Source of the DNA: Thermomicrobiales bacterium
GTDB taxonomy: Bacteria; Chloroflexota; Chloroflexia; Thermomicrobiales; UBA6265
Assembly (NCBI GenBank): GCA_049646645.1
Contig: JBARWF010000154.1
Span: 11,653-75,652 of the forward strand
Length of the DNA: 64,000 nt
Direction: 5' to 3'
In this document: positions 48,265-56,861 of the stretch, in pieces
How positions within the stretch are numbered: the first letter of the stretch is position 1
Layout of the letters: every line of letters starts with the position of its first letter
The notes under the pieces: generated by a model
The model's database searches: none
What the model was told of the DNA's origin: nothing
Seen by the model: the letters and a program-made list of their open reading frames with translations, nothing else
Translations under genes and position numbers: made by a program

Positions 48265-51200
48265 CTAGTACCCGACGAAGTGGTCACGATACGACTGCAA
48301 CGGCTCGATCGAGTAGGTCGCGCTCGCCTGCTCCATCGCCTTCACCATCGTGCGCGCGGTATCGACCGAGGTGATGCAGGGGATACCGCGTTCGACCGCC
48401 GCGCGGCGAATCTCCAGCCCGTCCAGCACTTCCTTGTCGGCCGGGCCGGGCGTGTTGATGATGCCATCCACCGTGCCGTTGAGGATGACATCCAGCATGT
48501 CGGGCGATCCGCGCCCAATGCGCTTCGTCACCATCTGCACCGGAATCCCCGCGCGCTCGATAAAGGAGGCCGTGCCCTCGGTCGCGTAGAGCTTATAGCC
48601 CATCCGCGCCAGGCTGGTGAGCATCTCCAGCGCGTCGGCCTTGTCCTCGTCCGCGAGGGTCACGAGAATCGAGCCCTTCGGCGGCAGCGCCAGGCCGGAG
48701 GCGATCAGCGCCTTGAAGAAGGCCGACTCGAACGACCGGTCGATACCCATCACCTCGCCGGTCGACTTCATCTCCGGTCCAAGATGCACCTCGACCCCAC
48801 GCAACTTCGCCATCGAGAAGACCGGCGCCTTGACCGCCGTCAGCGGCTGTCGCGGCCACAATCCGCCCTCGTAGCCCTGCTCCTTCAGCGTCTTGCCGAG
48901 CATGATCCCGGTTGCGATCCGGACCATCGGCACGCCCGTCGCCTTGCTCAGGAACGGCACCGTCCGCGAGGAGCGGGGGTTCACTTCGAGCACGAACAGG
49001 CGACCACCGTGAATCACGTACTGGATGTTGATCAGCCCGCGCGCATTGAGGTTGAGCGCGATGCGCGTGGTGTAGTCGACGATCGTGTCGACCTCCGCCG
49101 GGAAGAGATTGACGCCCGGATAGACCGCGAACGAGTCGCCGGAATGGACGCCCGCGCGCTCGATGTGCTCCATGATGCCCGGAATCAGGACCGATTCGCC
49201 ATCACAGATCGCATCGACCTCGACCTCCTTGCCGAAGAGGTACTTGTCGATCAGGATCGGGTGCTCCGGCGCGAGGTTCGCATGCGTGCGGATGTAGCGC
49301 GCGAGCTGGTCCGGGCCGTAGACGACCTCCATCGCCCGTCCACCGAGCACGTAGGACGGACGAACGAGCACCGGGTAACCGATCCGCGCCGCCACTGCCT
49401 CGGCATCGCGCAGCGACGTAACCGCCGAGCCCGTCGGCTGCGGGATGTTCAACCCACGCAGGAACGCCTCGAAGCGCTCGCGGTCCTCCGCGAGATCGAT
49501 CGAATCGAGCGAGCTGCCGAGAATCGTGGCACCCGCGTTCGAGAGCGGCTCGGCCAGGTTGATCGCGGTCTGGCCACCGAACTGGACGATCATCGGCGGC
49601 ATATCACCGTCAGGAGCACCTTCGCCACCGTTTTCGTGCCGCATGATCTCCTCGACGCTCTCCGCATCGAGCGGCTCGAAGTAGAGCCGGTCGGAGGCGT
49701 CGAAGTCAGTGGAAACCGTCTCCGGATTCGAGTTGACCATGATCGAGGACACGCCATTCGCCCGCAGCGCCTCCGAGGCATGCACCGAGCAGTAGTCGAA
49801 CTCGACGCCCTGCCCGATCCGGATCGGCCCGGAGCCGACGACAATCGCGCGCTTGCCGGTAAGAGGCGTCGCCTCGTCCTCTTCCTCGTAGGTCGAGTAG
49901 AAGTACGGGGTCGCCGCGGCAAACTCACCGGCGCAGGTATCGACCATCTTGTAGACCGGGTTCATGCCCAGCTCGCGACGCATGGTCTTGACCGCGGCCG
50001 GAGACTGCCCGTTGAGCCGGGCAATCTGCACATCGCTGAAGCCCTCGCGCTTGGCCTCCCATAGCAACGGGCCGTCGAGCGGCTCGTCCCGCAACTGTCG
50101 CTCCCGCGCGACGAGGCCTTCCAGCTTCCACAGGAACCAGTTGTCGATCGCGCTGAGTTCGTGGAGCTTCTCCACGCTCACATCGCGTCGCAATGCGGCC
50201 ATGATCGCCCACAGGCGGATATCGGTCGGCCGCTTGACGAGCTCCAGGATCTTGTCGAGATCGTCCGCCCAGGCAGGATCCTCCCAGGCGAGGTCCTTGC
50301 CCGTCGTCTCCAGCGAGCGAACCGCCTTCTGGAAAGCGCCCTCGAAGGAGCGATCGATCGCCATCACCTCGCCGGTGGCCTTCATCTGGGTGGTGATCGT
50401 GCGGTCGGCGCGCGGGAACTTGTCGAACGGCCATCGCGGAATCTTGACGACGATGTAATCCAGCGCCGGTTCGAAGGCGGCGGTGGTCTTGCCGGTCACG
50501 ACATTCGTCAGCTCGTCGAGCCGCTTGCCGATGGCGATCTTCGCCGAGAGCCGGGCGATGGGATACCCCGTCGCCTTCGACGCCAACGCCGACGAACGGC
50601 TCACGCGCGGATTGACCTCGATCACGCCGTACTCACTGGAATCCGGGCTGAGCGCGAATTGGACATTGCACCCGCCCTCGATTCCGAGTGAGCGGATGAT
50701 GTTGAGCGCCGAATCCCGCAGCATCTGGTATTCGCGGTCGGAGAGTGTCTGCGACGGCGCGACGACAATGCTGTCACCCGTATGCACGCCCATCGGATCG
50801 AAGTTTTCCATGTTGCAGATCGTGATGCAGGTATCCGCGCTATCGCGCATCACCTCGTACTCGATCTCTTTCCAGCCGAGCAGCGACCGATCGACCAGCA
50901 CCTGATGGATCGGGCTGGCCCGGAGCCCGGAGGTCACGATCCGATCCAGCTCGTCCTCGGTATAGGCTACGCCGCCGCCGGTCCCGCCAAGGGTATAGGC
51001 GGGGCGGATCACCAGCGGCAACGGCACGCGATTCATGAACTCGCGCGCTTCCTCAATCGAGTGGCAGACGGCACTCTCGATGATCGGCTCGCCGATCTTC
51101 TCAAGCAAATCGCGGAACAGCTCCCGATCCTCGGCGTGCTGAATTGCCGACAGGGGCGTCCCCAGCAGGCGCACATTGTACTGTTCGAGGATGCCGAGTT

Positions 51201-51531
51201 CGGCAACCTGCACCGCGAGATTGAGTCCGGTCTGGCCGCCGAGCGTCGGCAGCAATCCTTCCGGCCGCTCGCGCTGGATGACGCGCCGGATCGCATCCGG
51301 GGTCAGGGGCTCGACGTAGACGGCGTCGGCAATGTCCTCGTCGGTCATGATCGTCGCCGGGTTGGAGTTGACGAGGATGGTACGGATTCCCTCCTCGCGC
51401 AACGCGCGGCACGCCTGCGTTCCCGCGTAGTCGAATTCGGCGGCCTGCCCGATCACAATCGGGCCTGAGCCAATGACGAGCACACTCTTTGGCTTGTCGA
51501 TCTGTCGTCTTTCCGCTCTCGCTGTCGCCAA
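48265..51531 (-). CDS. carB: Carbamoyl-phosphate synthase large subunit
   Basis: 1088-aa ORF with duplicated ATP-grasp halves and a C-terminal MGS-like domain. LVIGSGPIVIGQAAEFDYAG lies near the N-terminus. The TTG start has GAGAGGAAG upstream. Confidence 0.96.
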   Translation of the reverse strand: MATARAERRQIDKPKSVLVIGSGPIVIGQAAEFDYAGTQACRALREEGIRTILVNSNPATIMTDEDIADAVYVEPLTPDAIRRVIQRERPEGLLPTLGGQTGLNLAVQVAELGILEQYNVRLLGTPLSAIQHAEDRELFRDLLEKIGEPIIESAVCHSIEEAREFMNRVPLPLVIRPAYTLGGTGGGVAYTEDELDRIVTSGLRASPIHQVLVDRSLLGWKEIEYEVMRDSADTCITICNMENFDPMGVHTGDSIVVAPSQTLSDREYQMLRDSALNIIRSLGIEGGCNVQFALSPDSSEYGVIEVNPRVSRSSALASKATGYPIARLSAKIAIGKRLDELTNVVTGKTTAAFEPALDYIVVKIPRWPFDKFPRADRTITTQMKATGEVMAIDRSFEGAFQKAVRSLETTGKDLAWEDPAWADDLDKILELVKRPTDIRLWAIMAALRRDVSVEKLHELSAIDNWFLWKLEGLVARERQLRDEPLDGPLLWEAKREGFSDVQIARLNGQSPAAVKTMRRELGMNPVYKMVDTCAGEFAAATPYFYSTYEEEDEATPLTGKRAIVVGSGPIRIGQGVEFDYCSVHASEALRANGVSSIMVNSNPETVSTDFDASDRLYFEPLDAESVEEIMRHENGGEGAPDGDMPPMIVQFGGQTAINLAEPLSNAGATILGSSLDSIDLAEDRERFEAFLRGLNIPQPTGSAVTSLRDAEAVAARIGYPVLVRPSYVLGGRAMEVVYGPDQLARYIRTHANLAPEHPILIDKYLFGKEVEVDAICDGESVLIPGIMEHIERAGVHSGDSFAVYPGVNLFPAEVDTIVDYTTRIALNLNARGLINIQYVIHGGRLFVLEVNPRSSRTVPFLSKATGVPMVRIATGIMLGKTLKEQGYEGGLWPRQPLTAVKAPVFSMAKLRGVEVHLGPEMKSTGEVMGIDRSFESAFFKALIASGLALPPKGSILVTLADEDKADALEMLTSLARMGYKLYATEGTASFIERAGIPVQMVTKRIGRGSPDMLDVILNGTVDGIINTPGPADKEVLDGLEIRRAAVERGIPCITSVDTARTMVKAMEQASATYSIEPLQSYRDHFVGY

Positions 51532-51614
51532 CCGATTCTTCCTCTCACCAACCAGGGCCGAAGGGCATTACGGAACCGCCCCCGCCTTGCATCATTGTCT
51601 GAATGTCGCTGGAA

Positions 51615-52766
51615 CTAGCTATGGAGTGCCACCGCACCTGATTCCCTGGTCGCGATCATCTCCAGGAAATCATCGAACAGCGCGCCATTATCGTGGGGGC
51701 CGGGGGATGCTTCCGGATGGAACTGTACCGAGAGCACCGGCAACCGGGAGCTCGTCAGGCCCTCCACCGACTGATCGTTGAGGTTGCGCAGGGCCACCTG
51801 CCAATCGTCCCCGACCGCGCTCATGTCGTTGTCGACGCAATAGCTGTGATTCTGCGCGGTAATCGAGACCCGGCCCGTGCGCTCGTCCATCACTGGCTGG
51901 TTCCCGCCGCGATGCCCGAACTTGAGCTTCGAGGTTTTGGCGCCAATTGCTCGGGCCAGGAGCTGGTGCCCGAGACAGATACCGAAATACGGTCGCTCGT
52001 CCGCGAGCAGCGAGCGCACCACGTCGAGTCCGGCATCGAGGTTTGCAGGATCACCCGGCCCCGGCGAGACAATGACACCGGCAGGGTCGATCTCCTGAAT
52101 CCTGCTATACGGCGTGCCGTAGGGCACGACGGTGACGCGCGCACCCCGCTTCAGCAGCGAGCGGATGATGTTGCGCTTCACCCCGCAATCGACGACGACC
52201 ACCCGCGGACCGGTGTTCTCGTCGCCGTAGGTCTCTTCCTCGCGAACCTGGACCTCGCCCACGACATCCTGCTCGCCGGGAAGCGGCGCCTCGCGCGCCA
52301 GGGCGACCAGTTCGGCGTCGCTGACACCAGCCGTGTTGTGCACGATCACGGCGCGGATGTCGCCGACCTCACGGATATGCCGCGTCAGCGCGCGGGTATC
52401 GACCCCGGAGATCCCAGGAATCCCCGCCTCCTTCAGGTACGCATCGATCGGGGCAACCGAGCGGAAGTAGGACGGCTGCGGACAAGCCTCACGCACGACC
52501 AGGCCGGCGATCCAGGGATTGCGGGATTCGTCATCGTCGGCGTTCGTCCCGTAGTTGCCGATCAGCGGGTACGTCATGCAGACGATCTGCCCCCGGAACG
52601 AGGGATCGGTGCAGACTTCCTGATATCCGGTCATGGCAGTGGTGAAGACGACTTCCCCCGCCGCATCGGCCGTGGCGCCGAAGGCATTGCCCCGGAAGAC
52701 CCGGCCATCGGCCAGGGCGAGCGCAGCGTTGGAGGGCGGAGCGTAGTGATGAGGTCGATCAGACAT
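51615..52766 (-). CDS. carA: Carbamoyl-phosphate synthase small (glutaminase) subunit
   Basis: N-terminal CPSase small-chain domain and a class I GATase triad region (GICLGHQLL, HRGGNQPV, FHPE). ATG 52766 overlaps the pyrC stop by 8 nt. Confidence 0.93.
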   Translation of the reverse strand: MSDRPHHYAPPSNAALALADGRVFRGNAFGATADAAGEVVFTTAMTGYQEVCTDPSFRGQIVCMTYPLIGNYGTNADDDESRNPWIAGLVVREACPQPSYFRSVAPIDAYLKEAGIPGISGVDTRALTRHIREVGDIRAVIVHNTAGVSDAELVALAREAPLPGEQDVVGEVQVREEETYGDENTGPRVVVVDCGVKRNIIRSLLKRGARVTVVPYGTPYSRIQEIDPAGVIVSPGPGDPANLDAGLDVVRSLLADERPYFGICLGHQLLARAIGAKTSKLKFGHRGGNQPVMDERTGRVSITAQNHSYCVDNDMSAVGDDWQVALRNLNDQSVEGLTSSRLPVLSVQFHPEASPGPHDNGALFDDFLEMIATRESGAVALHS

Positions 52767-54147
52767 GATAGCGAGCTTCTCCATTGACGAGGGTGAGAAC
52801 CGATCGACCGCGCAGCGTCATGCCAAGCAAGGGGGTATTGGCGCTCTTCGTTCTGAGCGCATCCGCCGTGACGGTCCAGGGCATGTCCGGATCGAAGACG
52901 GCGATGTCGGCCGGCGCACCGACGGTGAGCGTGCCAAGATGCTCCTGCTCCCGCCGGTCTCCTTCTCCCGCGAGAATGCTTGCCGGCTCCACCGTCCACA
53001 GACGGACGAGATCGCTCAGCGACAGGTGCCCGGCCCGCACGAGCGCGTAGGTGGCCGGAAAGGCAAATTCCAGCCCGCTCAACCCGAAGGCCGCCTGCTC
53101 GAAGGTGGACCCCGTTTTCTCGGGCGCAGCATGTGGCGCGTGGTCGGTCCCGAAGCAGTCGAAGACGCCGTCACGAACTGCCTGCAGCAGGGCCTGGGTC
53201 TCCTTCACGGGGCGCAGCGGTGGGTTGACCTTGGTGTTCGGGTCGCCGGGCCGTCCGGGCTCCCCGGCGGCTTCATCCGTATTATGCAGGGTCCGGCTTC
53301 CCGCGACCCACTCGTCACTCATTACCAGGTGATGCGGCATCACCTCAGCCGTGACGTGGACGCCACGACGCTTTGCCTCGGCGATCAGCTCGATCCCGCG
53401 TCCCGTGCTGACATGGCAGACGTGCAGCCAGCCGCCGGTCAGCTCAGCCAGCATCAGGTCGCGGGCGATGATGATCTCCTCGGCTGCCGCCGGGATGCCC
53501 GGGATGCCGAGACGCCGGGAAACCTCGCCCTCGTGCATCGCGCCGGAGGCAATCGCCTTGTCCTCGCAGTGGACCATGACGGGTCGGCCGAGACGAACCG
53601 ACGCCTCCAGAGCCGCGCGCATGATCGCGCTGTTGGCGGTTGTGTCGCCGTCGTCGGAGAAGCCCATTGCCCCCGCCTCAGCCAGCGCGTCGAAATCGAC
53701 CGCTTCGCCACCGGTCCGGCCGCGCGTAATCGTCGCGATCGGGTAGACGCGGGCGACACCTTCCGCCTCCACCGCGGCTTCGAGCTCCCTCAGGATCTCG
53801 GGGCTGTCGAGCGCCGGTTTGGTGTTCGGCATGCAGGCAAACGCCGAAAAGCCCCCGGCGACGGCGGCCTCCGTCCCCGTCCGCACCGTCTCCTTCTCGT
53901 CGAAGCCCGGCTGACGCAGGTGAACGTGAACATCGATCCAGGCCGGGGTCACCAGCTTGCCCGTGGCGTCGAACTCCTCGACCCCATGCACCTGGTCCGG
54001 GACGCCGACGAGCGCGATCCGGCCATTCCGAACGACGACATCCATGATGCCATCGAGCCCATTCGCCGGGTCGACGACATGCCCGCCCCGAATCCACCAG
54101 TCATTGCCCGCGCCGTCCTGTGTACGGCTGTTCGCAGCGCTGTTCAT
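52759..54147 (-). CDS. pyrC: Dihydroorotase
   Basis: 462-aa ORF with the amidohydrolase metal ligands DVHVHLRQPG, plus HCED, HVCHVST and FGTDHAPH. Confidence 0.92.
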   Translation of the reverse strand: MNSAANSRTQDGAGNDWWIRGGHVVDPANGLDGIMDVVVRNGRIALVGVPDQVHGVEEFDATGKLVTPAWIDVHVHLRQPGFDEKETVRTGTEAAVAGGFSAFACMPNTKPALDSPEILRELEAAVEAEGVARVYPIATITRGRTGGEAVDFDALAEAGAMGFSDDGDTTANSAIMRAALEASVRLGRPVMVHCEDKAIASGAMHEGEVSRRLGIPGIPAAAEEIIIARDLMLAELTGGWLHVCHVSTGRGIELIAEAKRRGVHVTAEVMPHHLVMSDEWVAGSRTLHNTDEAAGEPGRPGDPNTKVNPPLRPVKETQALLQAVRDGVFDCFGTDHAPHAAPEKTGSTFEQAAFGLSGLEFAFPATYALVRAGHLSLSDLVRLWTVEPASILAGEGDRREQEHLGTLTVGAPADIAVFDPDMPWTVTADALRTKSANTPLLGMTLRGRSVLTLVNGEARYHV

Positions 54148-54190
54148 TCCACTCCAGTTCGCGTATCGACGGCGAGCGACCGGCCGCCCA

Positions 54191-54228
54191 CAAAAAACAA
54201 CCCCCGAGGTCCGTTGTGGACCCGAGGG
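54191..54228 (-). terminator. Intrinsic terminator in the pyrC 5' leader (putative attenuator)
   Basis: The minus-strand RNA reads CCCUCGGGUCC-ACAAC-GGACCUCGGGG followed by GUUGUUUUUUG. It lies 44 nt upstream of the pyrC ATG and downstream of the candidate promoter. Confidence 0.55.
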
Positions 54229-54310
54229 CGGGGCAAATTTGCGAGTATTGTTACGGGCATGGGTTGCACGAGTGATCCGATACTCCAGCGACGCTCAGCA
54301 AAATCGCTCT

Positions 54311-54339
54311 AGTATACGGGATGCGCCGACCCGGTGCAA
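54311..54339 (-). promoter_or_regulatory. Candidate sigma70-type promoter of the pyr operon
   Basis: On the minus strand, TTGCAC, exactly 17 nt, then TATACT. This predicts a leader of about 155 nt before pyrC. Confidence 0.5.
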
Positions 54340-54411
54340 CCTGTGCGTGACCAATATGAGCCGTATCTTACTGCGCCGCATTCCTGATGTGTCTGTGCCG
54401 ACACGTCTTAT

Positions 54412-54570
54412 CTCCGTCGTCCTGAACGGAGTGCAGCGCAGCGAGAGGATCCCCGTGCGCAGCGAAGCGAGAGCACTCGACGGCGAAGCCGGCGCTTGGC
54501 GTTGCCGGGCTTATGCCCTGCGGGCATCGGCTTCGCCGGGGGATCCTTCCCGCTGGTCAGCATGACGGAG
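54412..54570. repeat. Family C MITE-like nested-hairpin element
   Basis: Termini ctccgtc/gacggag. Inner inverted pairs are ggatcccc/ggggatcc, ggcgaagccg/cggcttcgcc (perfect 10 bp) and atgccc-tgc-gggcat. Confidence 0.65.
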
Positions 54571-54668
54571 TAGGGACGGTTCAGCGTATACGGTCTACCT
54601 AGATGACGGCCGACGGCAATTGAATGCGGACGCGCTATTACGTCAAGACGCGGAACTTGTGAGGGAAC

Positions 54669-55370
54669 ATGACCAACAACGAAGCGTCACACCGGCTTCG
54701 GATGATCGCCAGGCTGGACATCGTCGCGCTGCTCCTCGACGAGATGTACGGCCCGTTCGTGCTCCAGGCAAACGGTGAGGCCCTCGCCCAGCTCGTCGCG
54801 ACCATCCTCTCCCAGCACACCTCGGACATCAACACCGCCCGCTCGTTTGCCTCGCTCCGCGCCACCTTCCCAACGTGGGAGGACGTCGAGCGGGCGCCGA
54901 CCGATGCGGTAATCGAGGCGATCCGGAGCGGCGGTCTGGCGACCAGCAAGGCGCCGCGCATCCAGGAAATCCTCAGTGAAGTCAAGACGCGAAACGGGGC
55001 GTACGACATTGACGGATTGGCGGAGCTGCCGCTCCCGGAGGCGACGCGATGGCTCACCTCCCTGCATGGAGTCGGCCCGAAAACGGCTGCCTGCGTGCTG
55101 CTCTTCGCGCTCGGGATGCCGGCGTTGCCCGTCGACACCCATGTCCACCGCATCTCCCGGCGTCTCGGATTCGTCAGCGACAAGACGTCCGCCGAAAAGA
55201 CGGAGGTCGTGCTGGAGGAGATGCTTGGCGATAATCCACAGCGGGTATACGCTTTCCACAAAGGGCTGATCGCGCATGGAAAGACCCTCTGCAAGGCTCG
55301 CGTTCCCCTTTGCGCCCCTTGCCCACTCAAGGACCACTGTGACTACTACAGCAATCTTCAACACGAATGA
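54669..55370 (+). CDS. nth: Endonuclease III-like HhH-GPD DNA glycosylase
   Basis: 233-aa ORF with the HhH-GPD motif (LTSLHGVGPKTAACVLLFALGMPALPVDTHV) and the C-terminal 4Fe-4S cluster CKARVPLCAPCPLKDHC. Confidence 0.88.
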   Translation: MTNNEASHRLRMIARLDIVALLLDEMYGPFVLQANGEALAQLVATILSQHTSDINTARSFASLRATFPTWEDVERAPTDAVIEAIRSGGLATSKAPRIQEILSEVKTRNGAYDIDGLAELPLPEATRWLTSLHGVGPKTAACVLLFALGMPALPVDTHVHRISRRLGFVSDKTSAEKTEVVLEEMLGDNPQRVYAFHKGLIAHGKTLCKARVPLCAPCPLKDHCDYYSNLQHE

Positions 55371-56079
55371 GACGCCGCGTGCCTTCGACCTGATCCGCCA
55401 CCCCGCGCAGGGGACGACCGAGCTGTTCCTCGTTCGCCACGGCCAGACCGAGGGCAACGCCAGACATCTCTTCATCGGATCGACGGACATGCCCCTCGAC
55501 CCGATCGGTGCACGCCAGGCCAAGCGTATCGGCGACCGGTTCGCGAGCCAGCATATCGATGCCCTCATCTCCAGCCCCATGCTGCGGGCGAGGCAGACGG
55601 CGGCCGAGATCAGTCGCACGACGCGCAAGGAGATCGAGATCGTTCCGGGGCTCAGCGAGATCGATTTCGGAGACCTGGAGGGCTACACGATCGAACAGGT
55701 CGTTCAGCAGTTCCCGGAGATCCGCGACAAGCTGGACCTGATCGAGGAGACGGATATCGCCTGGCCCGGTGGCGAATCCCGCAGCGGGTTCAACACACGG
55801 GTGCTGACGGGTTTCCTCGGCATCCTGGAGCGATACGCCGATCAGACGGTTGCGGTGGTCTGCCATGGCGGAGTCATCGGCTCGTTCGTTGCCCAGATCG
55901 AAGGCGGCTCGCCCAACGACTACGCCACCTATGCCTTCCAGAATTGCAGTCTCACCCATCTCGTCGTCACACCGGAGCAGACGCTCATCCATTTTCGGAA
56001 CGATTTCTCCCATCTCGAAGAGGTCCAGCGAGAAGCCCTCAGGCTCAGCCCCCGACTCATGAAGGAGAACGCGCGATGA
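55339..56079 (+). CDS. Histidine phosphatase family protein (phosphoglycerate mutase/CobC-like)
   Basis: LVRHGQTEGN catalytic RHG motif and a later VVCHGGVI motif. Start uncertain: GTG 55339 follows AAGGA, and the track start 55276 would overlap nth by 95 nt. Confidence 0.8.
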   Translation: MTTTAIFNTNETPRAFDLIRHPAQGTTELFLVRHGQTEGNARHLFIGSTDMPLDPIGARQAKRIGDRFASQHIDALISSPMLRARQTAAEISRTTRKEIEIVPGLSEIDFGDLEGYTIEQVVQQFPEIRDKLDLIEETDIAWPGGESRSGFNTRVLTGFLGILERYADQTVAVVCHGGVIGSFVAQIEGGSPNDYATYAFQNCSLTHLVVTPEQTLIHFRNDFSHLEEVQREALRLSPRLMKENAR

Positions 56080-56861
56080 CCACGTTGACGACCCTCGGCG
56101 GCAGCGCGGCGGGTGTCGGTACCGGGCAGGGATGCTCCGGCTACCTCGTGGAGCACGATGGAACGCGCGTCGTGCTCGATCTCGGGCCAGACACCCTGCT
56201 CGAGCTCCGCAAGCACACTGACATCCGGGCGTTGACCGCGATCGTCATCTCGCATCTGCACATGGATCACATCCTGGATCTCTTTGCCCTGCGCTACACG
56301 CTCGCCTACGGTCCGATCCCGTTGCCCGCCCCGGTGCCGCTCTGGCTGCCGCCCGGCGGGCTGGTGTTCTTCGACCGCGCCGCCGAGCTCTTCGCCTGGG
56401 GCGGTGGCGCACCTGCGGATTTCTTCACCGAAACGTTCTCGCTCGCCGAATACGATCCGGAGGCCCCGCTCTCCATCGGCGACCTGACGCTCTCGTTCCA
56501 GCGGACGGATCATCACATGCCCTGCTGGGCAATGCGCGTCCGCGTTCCCGACGGAGGCGATCTCCTCTACACCGCCGATGTCGCCAATGGCGACAAGCTG
56601 ACGTCATTTGCGACGGGCGTCCGGGTCGTCCTCTCCGAGGCGACGCTGCCCAAGGCACCGCGCCCCGGCGAGCAACGCGCGCATCCGCATCTCTCCCCGG
56701 AAGAAGCCGGGCAGCTGGCAACTCGCGCGGGCGCGCAAACGCTCGTGCTGACGCACATCTGGGAGGAGGACGATCCCGAGCGCGCGCGAGCGCATGCTGC
56801 GGCGGTCTTCAACGGTGATCTCCTCGTGGCGCGACCGGGAGTGGCCGTAACGTGGACGTAA
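56076..56861 (+). CDS. MBL-fold metallo-hydrolase
   Basis: ATG 56076 follows GAAGGAG and overlaps the upstream stop (ATGA). SHLHMDH is the HxHxDH motif. Confidence 0.8.
   Translation: MTTLTTLGGSAAGVGTGQGCSGYLVEHDGTRVVLDLGPDTLLELRKHTDIRALTAIVISHLHMDHILDLFALRYTLAYGPIPLPAPVPLWLPPGGLVFFDRAAELFAWGGGAPADFFTETFSLAEYDPEAPLSIGDLTLSFQRTDHHMPCWAMRVRVPDGGDLLYTADVANGDKLTSFATGVRVVLSEATLPKAPRPGEQRAHPHLSPEEAGQLATRAGAQTLVLTHIWEEDDPERARAHAAAVFNGDLLVARPGVAVTWT

Noticed and set aside
48235-50064. 609-aa plus-strand ORF (and 50161-50691, 50782-51468)
   Set aside because: Antisense shadows of carB, with no recognisable motifs.
54148-54310. PyrR-binding anti-antiterminator loop in the pyr leader
   Set aside because: I could not find the conserved UCCAGAGAGG-type loop on the minus strand. 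The leader is therefore reported only as a generic or translation-coupled attenuator candidate.
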